The notes: generated by a model not told the origin, from the letters alone. 64,000 nucleotides of DNA from an uncultured delta proteobacterium (GCA_963789395.1 CAWBKP010000010.1:7351-71350), one strand, 5' to 3'; shown: positions 27,601-36,545, counted from the first letter of the stretch. Made by a program: numbers and translations.

Positions 27601-29173
27601 GGACGATGCCGCCGTTGGCGTGGAGGGTGACGATGCCATCCTCCACGGTATTGAGAATGGTCTGGATCAGCGCAGCACTGTCGCGCAAGGCCTGCTGCGC
27701 CGCATATTCCCCGGTGACATCGCGGAACACCAGCACGGCGCCGATCACCTGACCGTCCCGGTCGCGAATCGGCGCGCAACTGTCGGCAATATCGCACTCG
27801 CCGCCATCGCGTGCAATCAGCACGGTGTGGTTGGCCAGGCCCTGTATCATGCCCTGCGCCAGGGTTTCAACAACCGGAATCGTGGCCGGGTGGCGGGTTT
27901 CTTTGTTGATGATGTGAAAAATATCGCTCACCGGGCGTCCGCCGGCCTGCGCCATCGTCCAACCGGTGAGCTTTTCGGCAAGGGGATTCAGGAGTGTCAC
28001 ACGTGCTTCGGTATCGGTGGTTATTACGGCATCGCCAATGGAGTTGAGCGTCACCGCGAGTTTTTCCTCGCTGTCCCGCAAGGTGACGTTGGCCTGCTGC
28101 AGTTGTTTGTTTGTCTCCTGCTGAATCTCGATCAAATGCTGCCGCTCTGCTTCGACCTGCTTGCGCGCGGTGTTGTCCGTGCCAATCAGCAGGTAACCGA
28201 TGATGGCGTTTTTTTCGTCGCGCAGGGCCGTGACCGAAACGATTGCCGGGAACCGACTGCCGTCCTTGCGGATGTAGGTCAGCTCGTAGATGTCCTCGAT
28301 GCCGCGTGACGCCTTGAAAACCAGCGCCTCGAAGCCCGGTGTAATCGGGGTTCCGAGTTCGACGCTGAGCGCTTCGGCGCGCGCGATCACTTCCCGCGGA
28401 TCGGAAATTTCGGCCGGCGTGATTTTGTTCATCACTTCGGCGGCCGTATAGCCCAGCATGCGCTCGGCACCGACATTGAAGATCTGGATGACGCCCTTTG
28501 CGTCGGTTGCGATACTCGAGAAATTGGCGCTGTTGAAAATCGCGTTTTGAAGCGCACCCGTCTTGAGCAGCTCTTTTTCAGCCCGCTTTCGCTCAGTGAT
28601 GTCACTCATCACGATGCGGCATACGGGAGCGCCGTCCGTATCCTGCGAGGTGGCCAATTCCAGATGCGCCCAGAATTGCGTGCCGTTCTTTTTCACCATC
28701 CTCAGATCGCATGCCAGCGGTTCACCGGCCTGCCTTGTGCCTGCCGAAAGGGTTTCCGAGAGTTGTTTGCGGTACAGGTAGTAGATGTCCTGGTCTTCTT
28801 TGCGGATAAACCGGGTGATCGGCTGCTTGACCAGTGCGCCCCGGGCCATGCCCAGCAGCGTCGCAGCGGTCAGGTTGGTCTCCAGAATCAATCCATTTTC
28901 GGAGACGGTGCAATATCCCACCGGCGCCAGATCATAGAGGTCGAAATAGCGCCCCCGTTCGGCGTCCAGTTCCTGCTGCGCCGCGCGCAACTCTTCGTTC
29001 TGGATCTCAAGTTCAATCTGGTGCACGCGCAACTCGTGGAGCATCCGCCGGGTTTCTTCAGGAGACAGGGATTGGATGTTTTCCGTCGACTGCGCCACTT
29101 TTTCCCGGGCGATCTCTTCGGCCCGACGTCTCAGTTCGGTGTCTTTTTCGGGTTGGATATCCTTGTTTTTCAT
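24681..29173 (-). CDS. multi-PAS hybrid sensor histidine kinase (PAS x about 5 - HisKA - HATPase - REC - REC - Hpt), two frameshifts near the 3' end
   Basis: ORF 24956-29173 contains:
- A coiled coil and PAS/PAC repeats.
- HisKA ([17 protein letters not shown]).
- HATPase ([23 protein letters not shown]).
- Two REC domains ([12 protein letters not shown] ... DWQMPGMDG; [13 protein letters not shown] ... DMQMPVMDG).
The Hpt domain ([13 protein letters not shown]) lies in ORF 24862-25242 and the tail in 24681-24959. The frameshifts are near 25295 and 24905. The gene ends 12 nt before the EBP gene. Confidence 0.85.
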
Positions 29174-29322
29174 TGTTGGCTTCCTTCATTTTACGGCCGC
29201 TCATCGGATGCTACCCAATCATGCGATCTTTTCTCCATCTTAAAATTCCCCGCAATCCTTCCTGTGCAACTTTTTTCCCCTGGAGTTCGTAGAAAATTGT
29301 AAAATTCAAAGCATTTATTACA

Positions 29323-30498
29323 TCAATGCTTTGCTCCTTCGCATTCACAAAAGGGCTCAGTATTAAAAATTTCCTGAAAAATGGTTTTAAATTCGAGCAA
29401 CCGTTTTTTTGCAAATAACTGATGAAGCGTTTTGGCCTGTGTTTCCTCAAAATTCAATTCTCCGAGACGTTTTTCAATATAAATCTGTGTCCTCAGTGTA
29501 ACCTTAACCCCCAATATCGCTTCAATATTCGTTTCAATCTCAGACGCCGATAATTTCCGGCAAATCTTATTCTTTCCCATGGCAGTTGCATCAGTCCCAT
29601 TACTGCAAGGCGTTGCCGCATTTCCTTTAACTGCCGAAATATTTGTTAGACTGTGCGCCTCCGATAGGCGACACAAATATTCAGCCTGATGCGCAGCCAC
29701 TTGGAGATAGGCGCTCAAATTGTAAAAGCCTGCATGGATATGCTCTGGAAATTTTATGCCGCTTCGACTGCTCATATATCGATATTTGTGATCAATCTCG
29801 CTCCACGCCTCTTCGAGAATGGTCCGCAATTGTAACTCGAAGCAAAGGTCCTTCAACACCGGCGGAGCATCCGAATTTTCGCCCAGTTTTATCTTGTAAT
29901 GGATGGAAGAGTATCCGGTGTATCTTGGATCTACGCTATCCGGGATCGATTCGCCGGGATCAACCGGCAGCAGGAAAGACTTCTTTGGATCAGGACCTTC
30001 TACAAAATTCAAAATATTTTCTTCGGACAACAATTTGAGATAGGTCTCAATTTTTTCAATATCCGAAAGACGCAGGCAGATGATCCGGACACCCAATAGA
30101 TCACCGACATTTTCCTGATAATTTTTTTCCGTAATTATCCGTGCACCGGTAGCCATCCCTTCATCCAACATATTGATTTTCTCAATCAGCCTCTGTTCGT
30201 CCTTGATGCGGTATATAACGGTGTGCAGACTTTCTTTTGGCGACGATGGATCGTCCTGGATCAGACGAACGATATATTCAGCAAGTTTTTTATATCTTTC
30301 TTTTTCCTTCAAAAACGAGATGAGGATCGCCTCTTTCTGGTGTTTCTTCAAATACCGATTCTCCTCGATAAATTTGTGTACCGACAGACCGTCACCGCCG
30401 TAATACCGAACAACATGCTTAATGATATGCGCATTTTCTTTTGTTTTTTTGCCTTCACGACAAATACCGTTAGAATCCCAGCGACACTTCCATGCCAT
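29323..30498 (-). CDS. RelA/SpoT-domain protein (small alarmone synthetase / toxSAS-like nucleotidyltransferase) with a C-terminal extension of about 140 aa
   Basis: Synthetase-fold motifs: SLHTVIYRIKDEQRLIEKI, DLLGVRIICLRLSDIEKI, YTGYSSIHYKIKL, CFELQLRTILEEAWSEIDHKYRY. The start is taken at ATG 30496-30498 (MAWKCRW...), because the listed start at 30642 overlaps the upstream gene by 170 nt. The gene is markedly AT-rich compared with its flanks. Confidence 0.7.
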   Translation of the reverse strand: MAWKCRWDSNGICREGKKTKENAHIIKHVVRYYGGDGLSVHKFIEENRYLKKHQKEAILISFLKEKERYKKLAEYIVRLIQDDPSSPKESLHTVIYRIKDEQRLIEKINMLDEGMATGARIITEKNYQENVGDLLGVRIICLRLSDIEKIETYLKLLSEENILNFVEGPDPKKSFLLPVDPGESIPDSVDPRYTGYSSIHYKIKLGENSDAPPVLKDLCFELQLRTILEEAWSEIDHKYRYMSSRSGIKFPEHIHAGFYNLSAYLQVAAHQAEYLCRLSEAHSLTNISAVKGNAATPCSNGTDATAMGKNKICRKLSASEIETNIEAILGVKVTLRTQIYIEKRLGELNFEETQAKTLHQLFAKKRLLEFKTIFQEIFNTEPFCECEGAKH

Positions 30499-31675
30499 AG
30501 TAATCAACCTTATTGTTATAAAACTGGCCATACGGATCATACCCACTGTACCACACTGCCATGAGGCGCAGGCGGCGCTGGCCCGGGTAGGGATGACCAA
30601 ACTCGAGGCCTGCCTTGATGCTGGTATCGACGGACCAGTCATTCTCCTCCGTGCTCTTCATATCCACCCCGGCGATTGGTCTGCCGCTCCAAACAAGCGG
30701 CTTGATACCGCGATACTCGAGCCCCCAGTGGGCGATTGCCGGCTTGAGATCACTCGGTTCCTTGTGGACCAGGTACTCCCCGCCACCGTAAACTCGCCAC
30801 TCTCGCCAATCGCGGGAATAGATGAGCTCAGTGGATTCGTAGCTGAGGTTAACCCGTTCCGGATGATTGGCGCTCAGGAGCAGTTCATCCCCCAGATGCG
30901 AGCTCTGATGATAAAGGCGGACACGGAGCGAATTGTCGCCATACCGGTAGGTAACCGGAATGCCGATGGTGTAGTCCGCATTGATAAGGTCGGAGGAAGC
31001 GGAATCCAGGTTGAATTGGGCGAACAGAGCGCCTTCCAGGCTCAATTGAAGCCCGTCCCCCTCGCGGCTGCCGAAAAACCTGTATATGCCGAATGTCTCC
31101 CCGAAGCCGACGGACGCCATGGTGTATCGGACATCCAGTGAGCTGAAACTAAGGAGGCTGACAAAGAACCGCGGCTGCTTCGGGTCGGCAATGAGCGGCC
31201 AGAACAGATCGCCAACTGGAAAGGTTTCTCCCTGGGCGGTAACCCCCATAAAACTGCCTTCCGCTTCCGGCTTGACGGCGTCTGCAGGCTTTACCACGAT
31301 CGTTACCCCCTTGAGTCCATCGATAGCACGCAACTGCTTGTCGGCCGCCTCCTGCCGAATCGGGTCCTCTTTATACAAGGTAATTGTGGCAACTCCGTTG
31401 ACAATCTTCAACATATAGCTGTCTCTTTCCCAGTTCAGGTCCCGCTCAAGGATGGAGGCAACATAACCGGTCAGAAATTCATCGCCGGACCTGTTTGCGG
31501 CCACTGCGGGGAGAGAGGTGAAAAGGAGCATGAGACAGAGGAAGGCGGCGAAGAGGCGTCCGGTAACATTCACACAGGTGGTGATACGCAGCAGCATGGT
31601 CACGTCATTTTCCTTTTTATTGGCAGAACAGGGGGCGTCAAACGCCAGACCGATGGGTCCGGCATCCTGGCTCAT
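30470..31675 (-). CDS. DUF1207 domain outer-membrane-type protein with an N-terminal BON-like domain
   Basis: Signal-like segment RLFAAFLCLMLLFTSLPAVAA, then a BON-like part (GYVASILERDLNWERDSYMLKIVNGVATITLY ... IDGLKGVTIVVKP), then the DUF1207 core (FPVGDLFWPLIADPKQPRFFVS ... RVRLYHQSSHLGDE). ATG 31675 overlaps the upstream stop (ATGA). An alternative start is at 31597. Confidence 0.65.
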   Translation of the reverse strand: MSQDAGPIGLAFDAPCSANKKENDVTMLLRITTCVNVTGRLFAAFLCLMLLFTSLPAVAANRSGDEFLTGYVASILERDLNWERDSYMLKIVNGVATITLYKEDPIRQEAADKQLRAIDGLKGVTIVVKPADAVKPEAEGSFMGVTAQGETFPVGDLFWPLIADPKQPRFFVSLLSFSSLDVRYTMASVGFGETFGIYRFFGSREGDGLQLSLEGALFAQFNLDSASSDLINADYTIGIPVTYRYGDNSLRVRLYHQSSHLGDELLLSANHPERVNLSYESTELIYSRDWREWRVYGGGEYLVHKEPSDLKPAIAHWGLEYRGIKPLVWSGRPIAGVDMKSTEENDWSVDTSIKAGLEFGHPYPGQRRLRLMAVWYSGYDPYGQFYNNKVDYYGMEVSLGF

Positions 31676-31962
31676 TTGAACTTTGAGGCCGCATTGTGGT
31701 AGGCTGTCTTGACTTCATCCCAGGCTTTTTCCGCGCCTGTTTTGACGTCTTCCCATGCCTCGTCTCCGGCGGTCTTCAGCTCGCGCAATCTTGTTCCGGC
31801 AACTTCTTGTTTGTGCTCCAACGCTTCGATGTTTTTGTAGTATTCGATCTTCGCATCGGCCTTGGCCTTGTCCGCCTTGGCCTTAAGCAGCGCTATCTGC
31901 GCGTTCCATTCTTGGAACTGCGCCTCGAGCTTTTCTTCATATGCTTTTCGTTTGTCCTTCAT
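31672..31962 (-). CDS. coiled-coil protein of unknown function
   Basis: 96 aa, Lys/Glu/Ala-rich heptad-like sequence (EEKLEAQFQEWNAQIALLKAKADKAKADAKIEYYKN...). Confidence 0.5.
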   Translation of the reverse strand: MKDKRKAYEEKLEAQFQEWNAQIALLKAKADKAKADAKIEYYKNIEALEHKQEVAGTRLRELKTAGDEAWEDVKTGAEKAWDEVKTAYHNAASKFK

Positions 31963-32004
31963 TTAAAATTCCTTTTCAGTTTATTGAGTGTATCTTCAGA
32001 AGAT

Positions 32005-32196
32005 TCACTTCCCGATACGAATCCTTGAGATGTCACCAATGAGTCCGAAAACACTCAAAAGCCAGAGAATAACCCCAATAACCACGACGGCATTGAGGAT
32101 TTTCTTAATACTGCTCTGCATCGGTATGTAATTGTTAATCACCCACAGGATCACCCCGACGACAACCAAAACAATGACCAATTGTATCAACGGCAT
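32005..32196 (-). CDS. Thivi_2564-type small two-TM membrane protein
   Basis: MPLIQLVIVLVVVGVILWVINNYIPMQSSIKKILNAVVVIGVILWLLSVFGLIGD. The layout and motif match that small-protein family, recalled from memory. Confidence 0.5.
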   Translation of the reverse strand: MPLIQLVIVLVVVGVILWVINNYIPMQSSIKKILNAVVVIGVILWLLSVFGLIGDISRIRIGK

Positions 32197-32347
32197 GGTA
32201 TTTCTCCTTTCATCTTGCGCATTGACGGAGAAGAGACCGGTTCTCTCGCCATGGAGCAGTGAGACGTCATAAACCTCGCATTTGAAGGGGCACCCCGAAA
32301 TTCTGGCGAAATGGGAAGTACTTTGATGGAATGCCCCTTATCCATTC

Positions 32348-32659
32348 TTATTTCTTTTCGACCTTCAAAAGGTTCTTAACGGATTTCACGCCCTTGATTT
32401 TCCTGATGTTTGATACAAGCCGGTTCTCGGTCGTTGTGCTGTTCACAAAACCGGTAAGCACAACCTCTCCTTTTGTGACCGTCACTTCGATCTTTAAATA
32501 ATGGGCATCCGGATCTTGAACTACGATCGCTGTTGCTTGTGTATAAATCGATGAATCGTCGACATGCTCACCTGCTGTCTCGCCCGTCATCATCGCGCAG
32601 CCCGAAAACATGGCCAACCCAAACACCATTAACACTGTCATAAGAATCGCTTTTTTCAT
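32348..32659 (-). CDS. BON domain lipoprotein
   Basis: The start is chosen at the second ATG after GGAG (MKKAILMTVLMVFGLAMFSGC lipobox). The BON domain is DDSSIYTQATAIVVQDPDAHYLKIEVTVTKGEVVLTGFVNSTTTENRLVSNIRKIKGVKSVKNLLKV. Confidence 0.75.
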   Translation of the reverse strand: MKKAILMTVLMVFGLAMFSGCAMMTGETAGEHVDDSSIYTQATAIVVQDPDAHYLKIEVTVTKGEVVLTGFVNSTTTENRLVSNIRKIKGVKSVKNLLKVEKK

Positions 32660-32745
32660 TTTCATTTCTCCTTTTCTTAGATGCGCAATCATACGATTGC
32701 ACGATTAATAAATAACGATGGCAAATTCGTTCCTGATTATACAGT

Positions 32746-32761
32746 TGCACGCATTGTGCCA
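32746..32761 (-). promoter_or_regulatory. sigma-54 (-24/-12) promoter, cassette D
   Basis: The minus strand reads TGGCACAATGCGTGCA, preceded by TTGGAAAAC. It lies about 87 nt upstream of the BON lipoprotein start. Confidence 0.75.
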
Positions 32762-32862
32762 GTTTTCCAACACGCAGCGTCAAGCCACTCATCTATTTGA
32801 TTTTAAATAATAATTTGTTAACAATGCACTTATACGACTGGCATTGGCGGATAGAAATAAAG

Positions 32863-32893
32863 GGTCATATTTAACCGATGGTTATATATGACC
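32863..32893 (-). promoter_or_regulatory. enhancer-like tandem palindrome (UAS) of cassette D
   Basis: The plus strand reads GGTCATATTTAACC-GAT-GGTTATATATGACC, 101 nt upstream of the -24 box. Confidence 0.6.
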
Positions 32894-33323
32894 CTTTTAT
32901 TACAAATCAGTGCGGCGCCGGCGGGAAGAAACTTGAAGGCTCGGAGATGGTTGATCCGCCATGGGCACGCCGGGTACTTTATCTCTATGTCCCATACGGA
33001 CAGGATGCCGCTATGGGTATTGACAGTGCCATAATAAATGCGATAACTTCATGAACCTGCTCTTCTGCTGCTCCTTACACCCTTAATTTCGGGGGCAACC
33101 CCTGTGACGGGTTGAGCAGAAGGGCATTTTACCGGCAAAGCCGACTTTCTCTGACCCCGCCCACTGGACGGGGGTTTTCATGTAAAATCGGATGCACAGT
33201 TACAGAATCAAGCAGCAAGACCCACGTCATTCCTGATTTGCCGGAATAACGTAAATGAAAGCCCCTTTCCATTTTGTTCACTTCATTGTTTGGAATTGTA
33301 ACAGGCGACGGCGGAGGACGCGA

Positions 33324-34298
33324 ATGAGAAAAAGGATCTTCTTCATCTGCGGTTCGATGAATCAGACTACTCAGATGCATCAGATTTCCAAGCACCTTTC
33401 CGACTACGCGCATGCGTTCTCGCCTTTCTACTGCCAGGGTTTTGACGAGATTCTTCGAAAATTCGGGTTGACCGAGTTCACGATCGCAGGCAACAAAACC
33501 GCGGGACGCTGCCGGACGTATCTGGAGAATCATGGCCTGCCCATCGACTTCCAGGGAAAGAAACGGCCCTACGACCTGGTGGTTACCTGCTCGGACGTAT
33601 ACCTTCAAAAGAATATACGAGGCAACAGGATCGTACTGGTTCAGGAGGGGATTATCGACCCGGAATCCGTCATGTATCATCTCGTCAAGCGTTTCCGATT
33701 TCTTCCCCGATGGATGGCGGATACGGCGATGACCGGCCTCAGCGATGCATACGCGGTTTTCTGTGTGGCAAGCGAAGGATACCGCGATTTATTCATCGGA
33801 AAAGGCGTGCGTCCCGGGAAAATCGTCGTTACGGGAATACCCAATTTCGATGACTGCCGGCAATATCTGACGAACGACTTTCCCTACAGGCACTATGTAC
33901 TGGCCTGCACATCCGCGCTAAGGGAGACATTCCGCCGCGAGGACCGCGTATCCTTCATACGAAGGGCTGTAGATATCGCCGGCGGCCGGCGGCTCATCTT
34001 CAAGCTTCACCCGGCTGAAAATGTCGGGCGCGCCACCCGGGAAATCCGGGCGCACGCTCCGGGAGCTTTGGTGTTTGCAGCGGGGAGCGCAGAAGAAATG
34101 ATCGCCAATTGCGATGTCCTGATCACCCGCTTTTCATCGACCGCCTTCGTCGGCGTTGCGCTCGGCAAGGCGACTTATTCGGACTTCGATACCGACCAAT
34201 TGCGTCGACTGATGCCGCTTCAGAACGGCTCGGCGGCTGTTAACATCGCCAATGTCTGCCGCCGGATTCTTGAGGAAAAACAGGATGAGCGCATTTGA
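33324..34298 (+). CDS. GT-B fold glycosyltransferase-like protein (MurG/MGDG-synthase, GT28-like)
   Basis: Start at ATG 33324 after GGAGGA (MRKRIFFICGSMNQT...). The blocks KIVVTGIPNFDDC and ANCDVLITRFSSTAFVGVALGK resemble the GT28 linker and C-terminal nucleotide-sugar motifs. The family assignment is tentative. Confidence 0.4.
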   Translation: MRKRIFFICGSMNQTTQMHQISKHLSDYAHAFSPFYCQGFDEILRKFGLTEFTIAGNKTAGRCRTYLENHGLPIDFQGKKRPYDLVVTCSDVYLQKNIRGNRIVLVQEGIIDPESVMYHLVKRFRFLPRWMADTAMTGLSDAYAVFCVASEGYRDLFIGKGVRPGKIVVTGIPNFDDCRQYLTNDFPYRHYVLACTSALRETFRREDRVSFIRRAVDIAGGRRLIFKLHPAENVGRATREIRAHAPGALVFAAGSAEEMIANCDVLITRFSSTAFVGVALGKATYSDFDTDQLRRLMPLQNGSAAVNIANVCRRILEEKQDERI

Positions 34299-34450
34299 AA
34301 ATCAGCCGGCCGGGACTTTCATACGGCTTGTCATCCCATCCGGCACTGAAACGCTTTGATTTGGCTATTGACATGAAATATCATACAGGATTGATGTCGG
34401 ATAAATCAGTTGCAGTAAAATATTCGAGTTGCCTTGATTAAAGAGAAAAC

Positions 34451-35395
34451 ATGATTCTCAATGCCCGGGACAAAATTACCAGGGGTTTGTTGTCATTGGC
34501 CAAGACCCCCTTGGTCTTTTCTCCTTATTACCGATACCATCTTCCATTGCCCGCCGTGATCCTGATCGAGAATACAAACTGCTGCAACGCGCAGTGTGTC
34601 ATGTGCCCCCGCGAGATGCTGACCCGAAAACGCGGCTTCATGGAGTTCGGATTGTTCGAGAAGATCATACGTGAAGTGTCCAGCGTGAAACGAAAACCCG
34701 TCGTGCATTTGCATGGGTTTGGAGAACCGCTGCTGGATGAGTCGTTGCCGGAAAGGATCAAGCTTGCAAAAGCCTGCGGGATAAAGCATACTTATCTTGT
34801 TACCAATGCTTCGTTACTGTTCCCCGAGAAAGCCGGAAAGATCATCCGTGCGGGACTGGACGTGATGAAGATCAGTTTTTACGGCACCGATCAAGAATCG
34901 TATCGCGCCACCATGAAACGGCTTGATTTCGATGTGGCGCTTGACAACATCAAAGAGTTTGTGAGGATAAGAAAGGATCTGAACAAACGAACTCCGAAAT
35001 TGATTCTTCAATACCTGCCTCAGGAAGCCAATGGAGGCAAGACAAAGGAATTTCAATCTCTGTGGCACTCTGTCCTGGATAAGCGGGCGGGCGACTGCCT
35101 GAATTTCTGTGCTTTGGACAATTTTGGAGGCGGGAGAGCTTACAACCGTTTGGGAGAAAAAATAGTGTCCGTCTGTTTTTACCCCTGGTCAGCCCTGTCG
35201 GTGCTCTGCGACGGCAGGGCCGTTACCTGTTGTGTGGATTACAATGGCGTTCAGGGCGTCGGAAATCTGAACTTCCAGACCGTCAAGGAAATCTGGAACG
35301 GGCCTGAGTTGTCCCGGATCAGGAGCAGCTTTGGAAAAACGGATTATAGCGCGTTTCCGACCTGTCTTTGTTGCGACTGGGTACGCAGGCGGTAG
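34451..35395 (+). CDS. radical SAM / SPASM domain protein
   Basis: CNAQCVMC (CX3CX2C) radical SAM motif near the N-terminus and a Cys-rich C-terminal SPASM-like region (CFYPWSALSVLCDGRAVTCCVDY ... FPTCLCCDW). Confidence 0.8.
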   Translation: MILNARDKITRGLLSLAKTPLVFSPYYRYHLPLPAVILIENTNCCNAQCVMCPREMLTRKRGFMEFGLFEKIIREVSSVKRKPVVHLHGFGEPLLDESLPERIKLAKACGIKHTYLVTNASLLFPEKAGKIIRAGLDVMKISFYGTDQESYRATMKRLDFDVALDNIKEFVRIRKDLNKRTPKLILQYLPQEANGGKTKEFQSLWHSVLDKRAGDCLNFCALDNFGGGRAYNRLGEKIVSVCFYPWSALSVLCDGRAVTCCVDYNGVQGVGNLNFQTVKEIWNGPELSRIRSSFGKTDYSAFPTCLCCDWVRRR

Positions 35396-35517
35396 GCTCC
35401 GGATGATTGAATTGCCGATTCTAACTGCGGTTGCTCTGTGAAGAAAAATGACGATTTCTGACATCCAACCGGGTGCATGTTTTTTATTAATTTAACTTTC
35501 TTTACAGGGAATGATAA

Positions 35518-36498
35518 TTGAAGGTTTTGGTAACCGGCGCCACAGGATTTATCGGGAGCCACCTGGTGGAAGCCCTCGTTCAACGCGGAGCCCAAATCAG
35601 ATGCCTTGTACGGGACAAGAAGCAGTTAGGGTGGGTGAAAGACCTCCCCGTTGAGTTTGTTGCCGGAAATTGTCAGGAGAAGCATTCTCTAACACAAGCC
35701 GTGAAAGACATCGATCAGGTGTTTCACCTTGCGGGTGCGACAACAGCTGTCAAAGAAAAAACGTATTTCGAAGTGAATGCCCTGGGAACGGAGAACCTTG
35801 TCAAAGCCTGCATCGAAATCAATCCCCGTCTCAATAAATTCATCCATATTTCAAGCCAGGCAGCAGCAGGTCCGTGCCTGAGCGGCGGGAAGAAAAAGGA
35901 AACCGACGCTTGCGAACCGGTTTCGCCCTACGGGAAAAGCAAATTGCTGGGAGAGGAATTGGCTTTGTCCCGCTCCCGTGAGCTTCCGCTGCTTATACTG
36001 CGGCCATGTGCCGTTTACGGGCCCAGGGACAAAGGCTTCCTTGCGCTTTTCAAGTGCCTCTCCAGGAATATCCTTCCTTGCCTTTCGGGGATCGATCAAC
36101 ACATCAGCATGTGTCATGTTCAGGATCTTGTCCGGGCAATTCTTTTAGCTGCCGATACCCAATCAGCGCACGGAAATATATTTTTTATATCAGATGGGCA
36201 GGATTATCGGACGGCGGAAATCGGTGATATCTTTGCGGAAGCAATGAAGATCAATGCACTGCAGCTTCATATTCCCAAACAGATACTATTCGGCGTGGCC
36301 TTTTTTGCAGAATGTCTCTCAAGGGTCTCCGGAAAGCCATCCATCATGAACAGAGGCAAGGCAGCGGAAATGATCCAGCAGAACTGGGTTTGCGACATTA
36401 CCAAGGCCAGGACTTTATTGGGTTTTGAGCCCCGGATTTCTCTTGCCCGGGGAGCTGAATCAACCGTTGCCTGGTACAAAAATGAAAATTGGCTGTAA
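35518..36498 (+). CDS. NAD-dependent epimerase/dehydratase family SDR
   Basis: TTG start. VLVTGATGFIGSHLV Rossmann motif and catalytic YGKSK (YxxxK). 326 aa, typical of extended SDRs. Confidence 0.85.
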   Translation: MKVLVTGATGFIGSHLVEALVQRGAQIRCLVRDKKQLGWVKDLPVEFVAGNCQEKHSLTQAVKDIDQVFHLAGATTAVKEKTYFEVNALGTENLVKACIEINPRLNKFIHISSQAAAGPCLSGGKKKETDACEPVSPYGKSKLLGEELALSRSRELPLLILRPCAVYGPRDKGFLALFKCLSRNILPCLSGIDQHISMCHVQDLVRAILLAADTQSAHGNIFFISDGQDYRTAEIGDIFAEAMKINALQLHIPKQILFGVAFFAECLSRVSGKPSIMNRGKAAEMIQQNWVCDITKARTLLGFEPRISLARGAESTVAWYKNENWL

Positions 36499-36545
36499 CG
36501 ATATTGTCGGGAAGTTTCGCGGTTAACCTTATAAAAAGAGCAAGC

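Noticed and set aside
25211-28309. A 1032-aa plus-strand ORF, the longest plus-strand ORF in this region.
   Set aside because: It lies entirely antisense to the conserved PAS/HisKA/HATPase/REC domains of the large kinase. Its sequence is Arg/Gly/Ala/His-rich low complexity, typical of shadow ORFs in GC-rich DNA.
29258-29281. A possible sigma-54 promoter upstream of the large kinase (minus strand GGGGAAAAAAGTTGCA).
   Set aside because: The -12 TTGCA is good but the -24 element lacks TGGCAC, and there is no palindrome upstream. It is too weak to call.
33060-33200. A c-di-GMP-I (GEMM) riboswitch idea, prompted by GGGGCAACCCC and CGGCAAAGCCG strings.
   Set aside because: The order and spacing of the conserved GGCAAA / ACGCAAAGC elements and the P1/P2 pairings do not fit the GEMM-I architecture. 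Retained only as an unclassified structured leader.
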